A DNA stretch of 60,076 nt, counting the filler, from Sphacelaria rigidula (Eukaryota): assembly GCA_964200075.2 (NCBI GenBank). It is 8 parts of 8 records of this genome, joined end to end, with 100 filler letters (N's around TTAATTAATTAA, not from the genome) between each part and the next. Parts side by side here need not be neighbours in the genome. Positions count along the whole stretch, not along the records: positions 1 to 7,422 come from CAXNAA020014991.1; positions 7,523 to 14,944 come from CAXNAA020014992.1; 6 more parts are not named here. One strand, 5' to 3'. The notes under the pieces are model-generated. The model was not told the origin of the DNA, made no database searches, and was given only the letters and a program-made list of their open reading frames with translations. Positions 1 to 11,963 of the stretch are shown in pieces. The position numbers and the translations under genes were made by a program. Each line of letters opens with the position of its first letter. Position 1 is the stretch's first letter.

Positions 1-424
1 AGAGAAAAGAAATCGGCCTTGATCTGTGACCAAGCATATCGTGACGCTCGTCCTGTGTCATTCTACGTTGGACTTACCCACATGCTGTGAGCTTACGATT
101 GTTTCAAGAGTAACGGTGAGACAGTAAGATGTTTGATTCCAGCATCGAGCAGATGCTAGAATGTTGACATGATAGTAAAATCGAACTGTGCCAAATGGAA
201 TGGTGAAATGTGTAGCCATATATAATAGTAAAAGTAAGTCATATTTGCATGAGCTAGCAAAACCTCGTAACCTGCATGACCGAAATGCTATTGTTGTTCG
301 CTCTAGTACTCGACTTGTACAGTAGAGACATGCATGTGGACGACCACTATGAACAACAGTATTCCGTTTGTATCATACGAACACGATGTTGAAAGTGTAC
401 TGGACCAATGCTACGATAGGGGTT

Positions 425-545
425 GCACTTTTTATTTCTGGGTCTCGTTTTTGCAGGAGCCCAAATATATGGGGCTTACTGTGCAACCCAAATCTCCGGG
501 GACAGGATATGGAGATGTACAGAGGGGCCTTTTCGTGAATCGGCA
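425..545. repeat. Dispersed repeat; inverted homolog at about 28585-28730
   Basis: GGAGCCCAAATATATGGGGCTT shared in opposite orientation, with flanking similarity. Confidence 0.75.
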
Positions 546-671
546 TCATTTTCATTCTTTTTCAAGTGAAAATGATGCCGATTCTCAAAATGATGCTTGC
601 AACACCCCGAGAAACATTATCGCTGAAAAAGTGCAACCCTGCCGTAGCATCACTCACTGCGCAACGTCGAG

Positions 672-748
672 TGTGCTGTGTGTATTGTCGTCCCATCTAT
701 TCTGGACGCCGGTCTCCACCTTTCGGTATGTGTGGGCGCACCAGCCGC
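672..748 (-). mobile_element. SINE family 1, 3' fragment
   Basis: Matches the tail of the full copies (TTGTCGTCCCATCTATTCTGGACGCCGGTCT...GGGCGCACCAGCCG). Confidence 0.85.
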
Positions 749-1793
749 GGCTGTGTTACCATACAGCTTCGCCCAAGATACAGGCAGCCATTACAGCGGC
801 GGAGACGGCCCTAGTTTTACAAAATGTGATGTAGCAATGTTGCAATATAGCGCGTGGCGAGGAGGTTCACATCCTGCGTACACGTTGACCGCGATACAAC
901 GGCTGCACTCATGATGTGGCGAACTGCATAGAACAACGCGAAATCAATGGAGGACAGGGATAGACTGAGGGTGCGACGCTCTGCGGTGTGCTTTGTCACC
1001 CTGAACCCTGCCGCTGTGCAGTGAGCAGGTAGTACCGCCGCAGGCGTCACGCCGCGGTTGGTACACAGTATCGACTCCACACCCGAAGGGTAATCTTTGC
1101 ATTGAATTCAATAAAACGCACTGAATTAAATTACACAGGCGGAGCGCGGTATTTTGGAGCAGCACGCGCGCTAGCCTTTCCGTGTTGCCGACACCGTGCC
1201 GGCGCGCTTGTGCACTACAGCGTTGTACTCTTCTGTGGCAGCCCGTCACGGTATTGCTCCTCATGTTTCGTGACGCTTCATTCGAAAGCACGCAGCAAAG
1301 ATGCCAGCAAGTCTATCGTTATTGCACTTGGAGGTGTGGTGAACCAGTTTTTCGATCTAATACTGCCGCATGCTCCGTGCTGTACCAGGTAGCATTCCGT
1401 ACCAGTTCAAAAACGGATATGCATGGAATAAACGCCTCTGACATGCTCTGGTTATCATGAACTGTGTACGAGGCGCGGGGAGCGTAGTTTTTGTCAAGGA
1501 ATGCAAGGACGCAACCATACTGCAGTACAGGTAGTTTCTATCATCAGCATGCAACACGTGATTCGAACGAGACACAAAATATAGTGTTTACATTGTAATG
1601 GGGTTACGGTGCTGTTATAGCAACCACAGGCTTACAAGGCAAAGTGGACAGTCGACAGACCGTGGAGCCAAGCACCAACCTTACACACAACGTGTCAGGA
1701 TATCAAAGTCTCGCGCGCAGTTGTGTCTTCTTTATCTTCCGGTTTCCACCTTCCAGTATCCAATCAATCAATCCAATCTCACGCTCAGTCCGA

Positions 1794-2187
1794 TGTTAGA
1801 CTTCTTTGCTGGAAGAGGGGTGTAGATGGTAGTGTCAGAGGGTGGCTCTCGCTTGCCCAAGGGACGCTCAAGCCATCATCGTCTGTGCCATATACAAATT
1901 CACACTCATACCTGACCATCTCTGAACAGACCTGCAGTCTTGGGTCTTACAACACCCTCATTGCAAATATAAAGCCGGATTCATCAACGGGTCTGAGGCG
2001 GCATGATAACAGACTAATATGCGTCCTCATGACACTAACCCACCTAGACGAACCTTTATTGCAGCTGCGGGGATCTATCCTCAAAGCAGCGAAAACCGAG
2101 GTTTTTCTTTACCCGTAAATTCACGAGCGGCTCATAAAGCATACCTAAGGAAACACTCCCTTACCCAACACTCCCGTACCCACTTCC
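1794..2187 (-). repeat. Putative polypurine tract (2171-2187) and 3' LTR (about 1794-2170)
   Basis: Minus strand GGAAGTGGGTACGGGAG directly followed by TGTTGG; a matching TGTT on the plus strand at 1794 is a guess for the far end; no second LTR to compare. Confidence 0.45.
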
Positions 2188-2340
2188 ACACCTCAAAAGA
2201 AGTGAAGCATAGACTTCTTCGAGGAGCAGAAAAACTGCTCCGAAACGCGGAAGCATAAACTGCTTCTGCGTGCTAGCGATCAACGAAGAAGCACACATTG
2301 CTTCGGCGTCCCAGCAAACGTTAGGGGGGGAAAACAGGGA

Positions 2341-2468
2341 GGTACAACAGGGAGCAGAGCTGTAACCTGGGGGAAGCCAAAGGTACAACCGGGAGCAGAA
2401 CTTCAACCTGGGGAAATCCAAAGGTACAACAGGGAGCAGAGCTTCAACGTGGGGGAATCCAAAGGTGC
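2341..2468. repeat. 41-bp tandem repeat x3 in the retrotransposon 3' UTR
   Basis: GGT(A/G)CA unit starts at 2341, 2382, 2423, 2464. Confidence 0.9.
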
Positions 2469-2708
2469 AGAAACAATGCAAGATCAGAAATCTGAAAATC
2501 GGTAATCCAACGAGATCGAGCGCCAGCCGCAAGGGGATACTATAGCTCCAGCAGTCGAGATGGAGGTCATCTTCAGTAATTCTTCGATCGTCGTCCGATG
2601 TAGGTCGCCCTGTTGTGATGTCGTAGACGAGGGTCCTGGTAGAGAAGGGAGGGCAAACAATGCCACAGAAAAATGGGGGGGGCAGCAGTTGCGACGAAGG
2701 AGCGTGGT

Positions 2709-4930
2709 TCAAAGCGGGGTGTGGACGTCGTGGGTGTGGTCGATGTTGCGCTGGAGACCGCGGCGAAGTTCTTTGGACTTAACGCGCTGGAGGCACCAAG
2801 ATCCGCGTGGTGCAGATAGGCTGGTGGTGTATAGTGCTGGTCGAAGCTTGAGCTGAATGGGTCCAGGGTCATCGATGAAGCGCACGATGTATGTGTCGGC
2901 CGAAACCAGGTTAGCGGAGTGGGTCTGACCCAACCACCAGAGGTTGTCGCTGCCTTTGAACCAAAGGTAGCTGCCCTTGGGCAGTATTTGCTGGTTTGCG
3001 AAGAACTTCGTCTTACAAGTCTTGGTGGGTACAACTTCGTAACCATCGGCGACGACGCGGAGTCCCTGATCGCGGTGAAGTTCGCGGGCTGCTGCGCCAC
3101 GACGCATGTTGCGATATTTCTTGTTGTGAGCAAGATGTTGATGTTGGGATTGCGTCCAGTACAGAAGGATTGCACGGCGGTGCAATTGAAGGTCGGATTC
3201 GCGTTCCCAAGACACTCTCCGGAGACCGTGCCAGTGTGTCTTATACATGACAGTAATTTTGCCACCTCGACCACGGGTTATCTGGTGGCCGGAGATGGTG
3301 GACACGGTCAATCGGAGGGGCTGTTCCATCACGTCGTCGGAGGTAACGTGGTAGGGCGGAGACTTGGTGGAGTAGCTGTTGAGAACATACTGTGTGAGTC
3401 CGGCAGGCAGGTACTTAGGCATGTCACTTGTATCATGCGGGTTCGTGTAGGGTTGCATCTGTGCACGGAAACGCGGGGTTTGGTGTCCTAGCCCTGGAAG
3501 TCACGAGGCAAGTCGAGATAGAGTAGTTTGTCACCAACGGGTTTATCATCCGGTGATGATGACGATGGTCCGGCTGTCAGGATCTCGAATGGTCCTGCCT
3601 AACTGAGGGGAAACTTTGTCTTCAAAATTGTTTCGTTGGCAGCCTTGCTGGTGCCTTGGCGGATGGTGGACAAACTGTTGTAGATATAAACCCAATCACC
3701 AACTTTCCAGTTAGGGCGTTTGCGCATGAGGTTGTAGAGAGCAGTGTTAGATCTCTCTAGGCGCGAGGCGTTGATAGCGTGCTGTTCGTGCATGAGGGTA
3801 AACGCTTTGCGTTGTCGTGCATGCGCTAGCTCGTGGTAGGATACCTGATCCAATCCTTGGTGGCCGTCGAACGTGTGGCGCTCAAACACGGTGATGGGCA
3901 GCCGAGGGTAACGTCCAAGATGGAATTCGTTCGGAGAAAGGCCTGTTGCGGCGTTAACCGAGTTGTTGTAGGGCAACATGATGTGCGAGAGATGTAGGTC
4001 CCAGTCATTTTGGCGGTCATTGACAACCGTAGAGAGCATTTGGGCTATGGTGTGATTAACGGTGCCACCGTTACCGTTCGGGTGGTAGGCGCTCGTGGCA
4101 ATTTTGCGGATGCCCAGGAGCTTGTAAAGCTCATCAGAGAGATCTGATCAAAATTGCTTACCATTGCCTGAAAGGAGTCGCTTTGGGCAACCGTAGTGCT
4201 TAATGTAATCGTGGATCAATGTGTCGGCCGTTCCGGCGGCAGTGAAATCTGCGGTGGTTACCGCGTACATGGACGCGTGGCGGGTGAAGCGGTCAGTGAA
4301 GAATAAGATGTAGGTGTTGCCGCGACCTGTGGTCGGTAGAGGGCCAAAGTAGTCAAAGGACACAAGGTGGCCGGGCTCGTCGGGGAGTCCCATAGGGATG
4401 ACGGGCCAGCGTACTGTCTGTCGTGGAGTCTTTCGAGCTTAGCATTTGAAGCATCGCCGGATCCAGAAGCGGATGGCAATTTTCATGCCAACCCACCAGT
4501 AGAAGCGTTCCAAGAGCGCTAGGGTGCGGGTGGCGCCAAGGTGACATGACAAGTCTGTGTGGCAGCCTGTTATGACCCAGGGGCTCATTAATAATGGGGC
4601 ATATATGCGCGTTGGTTCGTCATCGAGTAGTCGTGCGTGGCGTCCCGTGGTTGAGGCGGCAATTGCGCCCGTCAAAGGCGTGGGGCGACGCACGAGTAGT
4701 TGCACACTTTCATCCGTAGTAAAAAGGGTACCTTTACGCACGAGCTCGTATACGTCAAAAATAAGTGGTGGTGACAGTGTGCCAACCGGGGCCAGGAGTG
4801 TGGATGGAAAAGGGACTGGACACTCGAGTTGTAAGTACCGGATGGCTGCGCGACATAGCGGTTCTGCGTTTTGTTCGCGAGCCCAATCCTGGTGAGAGTA
4901 GCTAGCGAGAAACTCGCGTAGTTAGCCTTC
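2709..4930 (-). pseudogene. Integrase: HHCC zinc finger, DDE core, GPF/Y module, chromodomain and an extra C-terminal domain
   Basis: CHTDLSCHLG..FYWW..CFKC; VSFDYFGPLP..FTDRFTR; YHPNGNG; WDLHLSHI..YNNSVNAATGLSP; WKVGDWV..GPFEI; YKTHWHG..SWERESDL. Confidence 0.9.
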
Positions 4931-5694
4931 CGCTGGCGAGCCGACCAAACATTGTGGGGCAGGCGGCGAGAGAATAGACGACGGGGCAGAGATGCCGACG
5001 TCGATATCTATCCCGGAAGCAGGAGCTAAGTCGTCAGCTCCGTGCTCGGGAGGGATGGATCTTGGCGGCGCCGTTATGGGTGGCGCCGCTGTATCAGTGC
5101 GCGGCGAAGATTGTTCGTGGCGCGTGGTGCACGTTGCAGAAATTTTCGCGGGGCGTTGCGTGCTGGTCCGTGGAACGTGTGCTGCGTGGCTCGTGGAATT
5201 TGTAGGTGTTATCGGTGGCGGCAGGGCACTCGGGGTAGTGCGGGCGGCAAACCGGGAGCGCGTGTTGTCGGAGATTAGGTGGGTGACTGTAGGTGTCTCC
5301 GCGAAGAGCTTCGCGCGAGTACCGAAAGTGCGGAAATCGACGAAATCAGAAGTAGTGGGCTTTAACCCACCCAAGACGGCGTCATATGGTAGAGGGCGAG
5401 GTCCTCCCATATGCATACCGGTTCTCGGGCACTGGAGGTCGAGGACGTAAACGGGTGTGTTGAAAAACGTCTCTGACAGCAAAAACGCACGGCGGATGAT
5501 CCGCCGGTGAGTCAGATGTCTCACCAGAGAAGGGGGTGGACGGTATATTTTTTTCAGGTGTGGCACAGTCAGAGTGACCATTGGCGATTTGGTCAATGAT
5601 CGTCTTTGGTTGACAGGGATCACCGTCCAAGAGGGATCCAGATTGTGCGGGGCTGGAGTCGTCGATTGAGGAAGTAGTGCCGTCAGAATAATTC

Positions 5695-7422
5695 TCCATT
5701 TCGGGTGTGAAGGAAAACACGGCTCCTTTCTTGAGTACCTCGGTAAGGGGGCGAATCCGTTTAGATAAATTCGGCAAAAATTGCGGTAGTAGGATAGCCC
5801 GCCCAACAATCAGCGAAGTTGAGAAATAATGTTAGTTGGCATCGGCAAGTCAGTCATCGTCTTGACTTTGTTTGTATCCGGATGCAGGCCTGCTGGCGAA
5901 ACGGAATTACCCAAGAAATCCAAGTTAGCCGCACCAAGGCGAGCTTTGGATGGAGACAGTTTCAAATCGTGCGTGCGTAGGCGAGAGAGAAATTCTCGTA
6001 GAGTGCGGATATGTGCAATAGGTGAGGCATCGAAAGCGATAGCGTCATCCAGGTACACGATGATGTGCTCGAGGCCGTCGGTGACGCGTTGCATTAAGCG
6101 TTGAAAGCATCCCGGGGCAGTGGCGGCGCCTTGTGGCATTCGAAGCCACTCACATAGAGCCCGGACGAGGTACAATAAGCCGTCAATGGGACTGTGTCAG
6201 GGTGTATAGCATTCTGAAAAAATCCAGAAGCGAGGTCGAATGTGCTGAATATGTTTCCTTCGCCTAAGGAGTCGGAGACTTCATCAATGCGGGGAATTGG
6301 GAGTTTACGGACTACAGTGACGCGGTTTAACCGTTGATAGTTCACCGTTATGCGTATGTTTCCATCTTTTTGGGGGACCACCACAACAAGGGGCGAGGCC
6401 CAAGGAGAGGAGGAATGTTGTATTAATCCCGCCCCCAAATATGCATTCAAGGTGGCGTTAACCTTCTTGGTAAGGATTGGGTTTGTCCGGTGTGGCCGAG
6501 AAGAAATCGGCGAGACGCCGGGTTGGAGGGTAACCTCGAAGGGCAGCGTTTTGCAATGCCCAAGATCCGTCTTGAGTCGGGAAAATCGGTCTTGGTACTG
6601 TAGCAGGACATCACTGAATTCTCGGATGACTGCTGGTTCCCAGCCGGGCCCATGAAGGTCAAAATTGATGTCGCGTATGTGTGGCGGCAGTTGGTTCCAC
6701 ATGTGCAAGAAACTCTTCCGAGAATCTGGTGATAAGCGTTGAAGCACGTCAGCAGGAGGATCGGAATTTGACTGGGCAGGATCCACGGTGTGGACCTGGG
6801 GTGGAATCGCGGAGGCGAGGTCGAAATAGGGTTCATCGACACAGTGGACTGACTCCGCCGGAGATTTGGGGTTTGGAGCGACAGGTGCTGTTACGCACGT
6901 CTCGAGTGGGATGTGCATCAGGGGAGCAGCGGCGATTCCTAAAACATCGCCGGGTTCCAAGTTAGCATGACCCGTAAGAGGGAGGAGTTGTTGTCCCGCC
7001 GTGAAAAAATGTTCTGTGTCGGCTGGTGCGCCAATACGGGGTAACATTTCGGCAAGATAATAGCCCGTAAGTGCTGGCATGCCATTTCGGCGAACTAGTG
7101 CAACTTCGAGAAGTTGAGGGTCGTCGGAGAGTGTAATACCAATGCTACCGTTGTATCGTAGGTGGTAAGCAGCTCCGGTTGCTTGAGTATTCTTCTGGTA
7201 GGCCAGGGCGCCGTGGAGAGTACCAAAGTGCTCGAAGTTGAATTCTCCACGAGGCGTGGAATGTGGCGATAGTGGTGGAAGCGTGCGGTAGGTGCGTTTA
7301 ATAAACCGCATATAGCTATCTCTGCCCAATAATATGGCGTGGTGCATTGTGCTATCGGGGACAATGTACGCTGTTACGCTAGCAGGTTTGCTAGTACTGC
7401 AGCGTCTAAATGCTGTTGAGGG
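5695..7422 (-). pseudogene. pol: pol: end of aspartic protease plus reverse transcriptase (frameshifted)
   Basis: ILLGRD; SSPWASPLVVV..KDGNIRITVNYQRLN; FDLASGFFQ; RMPQG; VYLDD; FLG; LLGGLSYYRNF; LTEVLKKGAVFSFT. Confidence 0.93.
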
Positions 7423-7522
7423 NNNNNNNNNNNNNNNNNNNNNNNNNNNNNNNNNNNNNNNNNNNNTTAATTAATTAANNNNNNNNNNNNNNNNNNNNNN
7501 NNNNNNNNNNNNNNNNNNNNNN
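7423..7522. other. Artificial contig linker (same linker at 14945-15044, 22467-22566, 29989-30088, 37511-37610, 45033-45132, 52555-52654)
   Basis: 44 N + TTAATTAATTAA (stops in all six frames) + 44 N; 8 x 7422 + 7 x 100 = 60076. Confidence 0.98.
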
Positions 7523-8440
7523 GGAAGTGGCGGTGCCAGGAAATGAAGCAACTCACCGTAGGCTGTCATCCAAATGCAAGATAATCAGTAGACTTGGGAC
7601 CGAACAATCTTAGCAGGATGCAGCTCACCCTTCATGCGGCTCGCCGAATACACCACGGCGCTCCGCTCTTGGTGATTGAGTGCGAGCCTGGTCCGGCGAA
7701 AACCCGGCGTGCTCCGTCCCGGCTTTGTAGGGAATCGAGGCCAATGGTCATCTGACTATGGCGTGCATGATCATGAGTACATTCCCCTCCCCCCCCGCGC
7801 GCACCCTTCTAATGCGAGATGACTCATGTGAAATTAACGGAGTAATCGTCGCGCCACATACGACTAATCGTTTTGAGTGCAAGTACGCGAGGTCTTTTAC
7901 GTCAGTAGTGTTGGTATCATGCAGGCCGAGAATAATGAAAGATTAGTGTCCGCGATGACCTGCCTGCCAAAATGGACACAGCCGATCATCCCCATTCTCG
8001 GCACTGAAAAAGGCTCCAACGCTTCTGGCGAAAGACTGCAGCATTAAAAAAAATGGCGTGCCGAGGTCTTTCTTCCTCTCCGCATGGTTGTTTTTGTCTC
8101 CCACCGAACTCTGTCCGGTAGTGGGCGTCCGTTGAAGACATCAGGGCAATTGTTACTGCCTTCACAACTGGATTAATAGAGGTCAGTCATTCATTCAACC
8201 AATCTGCGAGTGGCAACTGGTCTGCTTGGCACCGACCAAAAACTCGCTGTTTTAGCTCTGCGTTTCGCACACGTCACTCGATCAGTTTGCGGCTTGTAAG
8301 CCCGACATGGTGCACACGTGTGTCTCGCTATGATGAGCGTCTTTTTTCTTTTTTCTCATTTCTGGCCTGATCATTATCCACCACTTTTTCGGCCGTACCG
8401 TCATATTCTATGGTACAAGATACTATATCTCGGAATATTT

Positions 8441-9883
8441 CAAGGGCAGGTCGAGTAGAGTATACTCAATACTCAGAATTTGCGAAGAGTCATACTTTTA
8501 GTACTCAAATTTTGAGTAGAGTATCTGAGGTCTTACTCAATCTACTCAATTGTTTGAGTAACGTATGTTAGGCCGTACTCAATCTACTCAAAATTTGAGT
8601 AGAGTATTTGAAGTCATACTCAAGTGATACGCTATACTCGAGTATTACTGAGAGTGCTTACTCAATATTTGAGTAGAGTATTTGAGGTCGTACTCGATCT
8701 ACTCAGAATTCGAGCAGAGTATTTGAGGCCGTACTCGACCTACTCAAATTTTGAGTAGAGTATTGGAGGTCACACCCCAGTGATACGCTATACTCAAGTA
8801 TTACTGACGGTGCTCACTCAAGATTTGAGTATTTGAGGTCGTACTCGATTTCCTCAATTTGTTTAGTAGAGTCTTTGAGGCCGTACCCAATCTACCCGAA
8901 AGTTTGGTAGAGTATCTGAGGCGGACCCGATGTACCGAAAACCTATAACCTCAACTTCAGTATTCAAGTTCGCACGCAAGATACTCAAACTCGGGTAGAG
9001 GAAATACCGAGGTATTCCCAGAGTTGCCTACCTATGATTAGTGCTGATTCAAGATCAAACTTCAGCGAACATTCGGATACAGTGTATTCGAGAAAGCATT
9101 TGGATCAGAACCAAATGGTACGAATCTAGGGTAGAATGAATATTGGGGGATTATCGAAGGGTATTCGGATTGTACCGTAAACTTGCTGTACGGCGCCAGT
9201 ATATCGAAGGCGCCGCGAGGCATTGAGTATGTACTGCCGTGGGTGGGGGCTGGCAAGATGGGGCGCTGGGGCAGGTAGGTTCACTGACCACTTACCTGCA
9301 CGCTTTTTTACCTTTTTCATGGCCATCATTCGCTTATACTCCGTGTAACCTGCAATGTAACGCCACCCATCTAATTGATGGTCATCGTTCGCCCATGTAT
9401 GCAACATAGCCTGTGAAATGACGTCACGAAGTCGCCGACGGTCACGGATACTCACCATACCCAAGTGATACTCCACACTCAAGTAATATTGGGAGTGCTC
9501 GCTCAAGATGTGAGTAGAGTATTGAAGGTCGTACTCGATCTACTCAAAGTTTGAGTAGAGTGTTTGAGGGCATACTCAATCTGTTCAGAATTTGAGCGGA
9601 GTATTTGAGGCCGTACTCGACCTACTCAAAATTTGAGTAGAGTATTGAGTATTGAGTATTGAGTATTGAGGTCATACTCAAGTGACACTCTTTACTCAGG
9701 TTCTGCTAAGAGTGAGTGCTTACTCAATATTTTAGGAGAGTATTTGAGGTCGTACTCGATCTCCTCAAACTTTGAGTAGAGTATTTGAGGCCGTACCCCA
9801 CCTACTCAAACTTTGAGTGGAGTAAATACTCGAGTATTTTACTCGAGTACCCAAAAGTACGTAGTCTACTCGACCCGCCCTTG
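8441..9883. mobile_element. Non-autonomous TIR element (hAT- or P-type) with satellite-like GAGTA/TACTC arms
   Basis: TIR CAAGGGC(A/G)GGTCGAGTAG at both ends; perfect 8-bp TSD GAATATTT at 8433-8440 and 9884-9891; about 41-bp degenerate units in both arms. Confidence 0.92.
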
Positions 9884-9905
9884 GAATATTTCCTTCTGTA
9901 GAAAC

Positions 9906-10200
9906 GGCGCCCCGGTGGTGTAATGGTACAACTGACTCCTTTAGGGTGAGAAAAACGCGGGTTCGACTGCCGCCAGATGTATCTAGTTTTGGCCTTTTTC
10001 TCGGCAAGGACATGATTTCTGGCGTTGAACGCGTGACGATATGAGTAGCAGAAACAGTCTGCTTGGGTGAGTTTGTTTCGATGACAGTCTACGCAGTGGG
10101 GGAGTACTGATCCAAAGAGTCCGCGAGACCAAAAATGCGAGGCGTGTTCCGGGGGAGAGATTGATCCATTGAGGCCACGAACCAGTCCCGAGGAAGGGGA
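9906..10200 (+). mobile_element. SINE family 2 (tRNA-like head), 3' truncated
   Basis: A-box TGGTGTAATGG, B-box-like GGTTCGACTGC; body colinear with 54728-55150. Confidence 0.7.
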
Positions 10201-10219
10201 GAGTGGTGCCGCGATAGCC

Positions 10220-10816
10220 CCCACCCCGCGCTCCCAAAACCAGCCCCCACAACTGTCACGGAGAACATGGTCATGCGTGTGTGTTGTAGTCCCATTTATT
10301 ATGGACGCCGGTCTACACCTGTCGGTATATGTGGACGCACCAGCCGGGGTCACACAGGAGGAAGGTCAATACAGGAGTTTATTTTATTTTATTTGTTTTT
10401 AGTTCCCCACCTTTCTTCTGCAGTGCTTGCATTTTTTATTTCTTCTATCGCGAGAGGGGTTCAGCAGTCCCTTTCCATTGTCGGCCGTAAAGTCGAATTT
10501 TGTGTACCCACGACATCGTCGCTCTCCACTGTTGGGCATGGTGTGAGAAAAAAACCCATATCGCTCCGAGAATGGAACCCACGACCAAACCGTCAGCAAA
10601 CCGTGAGAAGGTTTCGAGGTTACCAACTAAGCCACCGGGGCGACCGGTTCGTCATACAACGCATGATAGCTAGCGTCAGACTGCATAAAGCACTACATAT
10701 GGGCGACATTGGCGAAAACGATCCCAAGCGTGGGAATTCCCAGCTGCTTGACGTGCTCGGCTGTTGTCGTTTTTATTTTCATGTAGATTTTGCCTCCTCA
10801 AACCAGTCGCTTTTTT
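10220..10816. repeat. Dispersed repeat of about 210 bp (homolog 45205-45416) interrupted by a SINE1 insertion
   Basis: AAACCAGCCCC...CAGACTGCAT...GAAAACGATCCCAAGCGTGGGA...GATTTTGCCTCC shared; uninterrupted at 45205. Confidence 0.8.
10275..10650 (-). mobile_element. SINE family 1, full length
   Basis: tRNA-like head (TGGCTTAGTTGG, GGTTCCATTCT), (CA)n-type tail, TSD GTCAT at 10270-10274 and 10651-10655. Confidence 0.88.
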
Positions 10817-10920
10817 GGGGGGTGGGGTGGGGGGGGGGCAAACTCATTTGTTGCTTGCCCTAGACGTTTGACCATTGACCACGCATCCGTATCGAGACGT
10901 AGCGCCGGTCCCAACCTAAT
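10817..10920 (-). mobile_element. Poly(C)-tailed short retroposon copy
   Basis: G-run followed by ACTCATTTGTTGCTTGCC..TTTGACCATTGACCACGCATCC. Confidence 0.75.
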
Positions 10921-11963
10921 AAGAGACACCTTCAATATTTCGGTGATCATGACGTTTCTTGCGTACATTACGTGAGAACCTTTTACATACCTTATCCCCG
11001 TCCTGCTTCGCCGCCTGTGGCCACCATCTATGCCATTTGTTTTGGTGAGGGAAATATCGCGTCATTCGAGAGGAGGTAAAAGTGAGAACAAGCAAAAAAA
11101 ATGGCATCATGACATTGATGAGGATTATTGTACGTGAGAGATCGTGCGAGGGTTTGTTAAGAATCAAATCACAACGTAGCCCGCCTCTCGTACGAAGGTT
11201 TGTGTTATGTCACCCTCATGTCAGCTGGTCATATTTTGCGTTCATTACCCTCGCTTCGTGATCATCCTATTCTTCTCATCACTCGACGGCATTTGACTTT
11301 TTGCGTTTCTTGTGCATGCCGTACAGGCGGTGAACGACGACACTTGCTCGACAACGCCGTTCGCAGTTGCTCACTTGTTTTCCACGCACTCGTCAAAGTC
11401 AAGCCGACTCCTTTCCGCATTTTTGCGCCATCAATTTTCCGCCTCAGGGTGATCTTTGTTCCATTTTTTTCTTCTTGTCAGACAACATGTAGAAAATGCC
11501 ATAACTCTTTTTCTCGTCATCGTTATCCCGTTCGGTTCCATTGGTTTCTTCTCCTGGCACAACGATATAAAGGCTGCGCATCATGACGTACGTGGGCACG
11601 ATGCTGCTGGCCAACGTTCCTTGGGAAGATCATTTTTATACGGCGTTGTAATTTCGTTACTTTCGTTCCCTCTTTCCACCGGTTTCACGTATCCATGTGT
11701 GTGTGTGCGTGCGTTTTCTCCTGCTCTAGGCCATGTCTATGTCATATACTAAACCATGCACCACACCATACACCACGTATGCACTTCACCCTATACTTCG
11801 CAATGTACTTGACCCCATACTTTGGCGGGCCATATGCCACACAATATCTCATATTATATACTCTGCGATACACGCACAACACACACCATATTTGTTTACC
11901 ACATACTATGAATTATACTCTCAAATATACCATGTACTATCAAATACACTGTATCATGTACAG

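Larger units (their letters stand above)
1794..7422 (-). mobile_element. Ty3/gypsy LTR retrotransposon, 3' part, decayed; 5' end cut by the contig edge
   Basis: Domain order protease end - RT - integrase - chromodomain on the minus strand, with many frameshifts and stops; left boundary tentative. Confidence 0.93.

Noticed and set aside
10817-10920. The poly(C) unit as the TIR of a larger MITE (it lies at opposite ends of the shared repeat at 10220 and 45205)
   Set aside because: No copy has it at both ends, and other copies are solitary with their own TSDs
11733-11963. N-terminal part of the 206-aa ORF
   Set aside because: Low-complexity intron sequence read through in frame upstream of the PRORP acceptor
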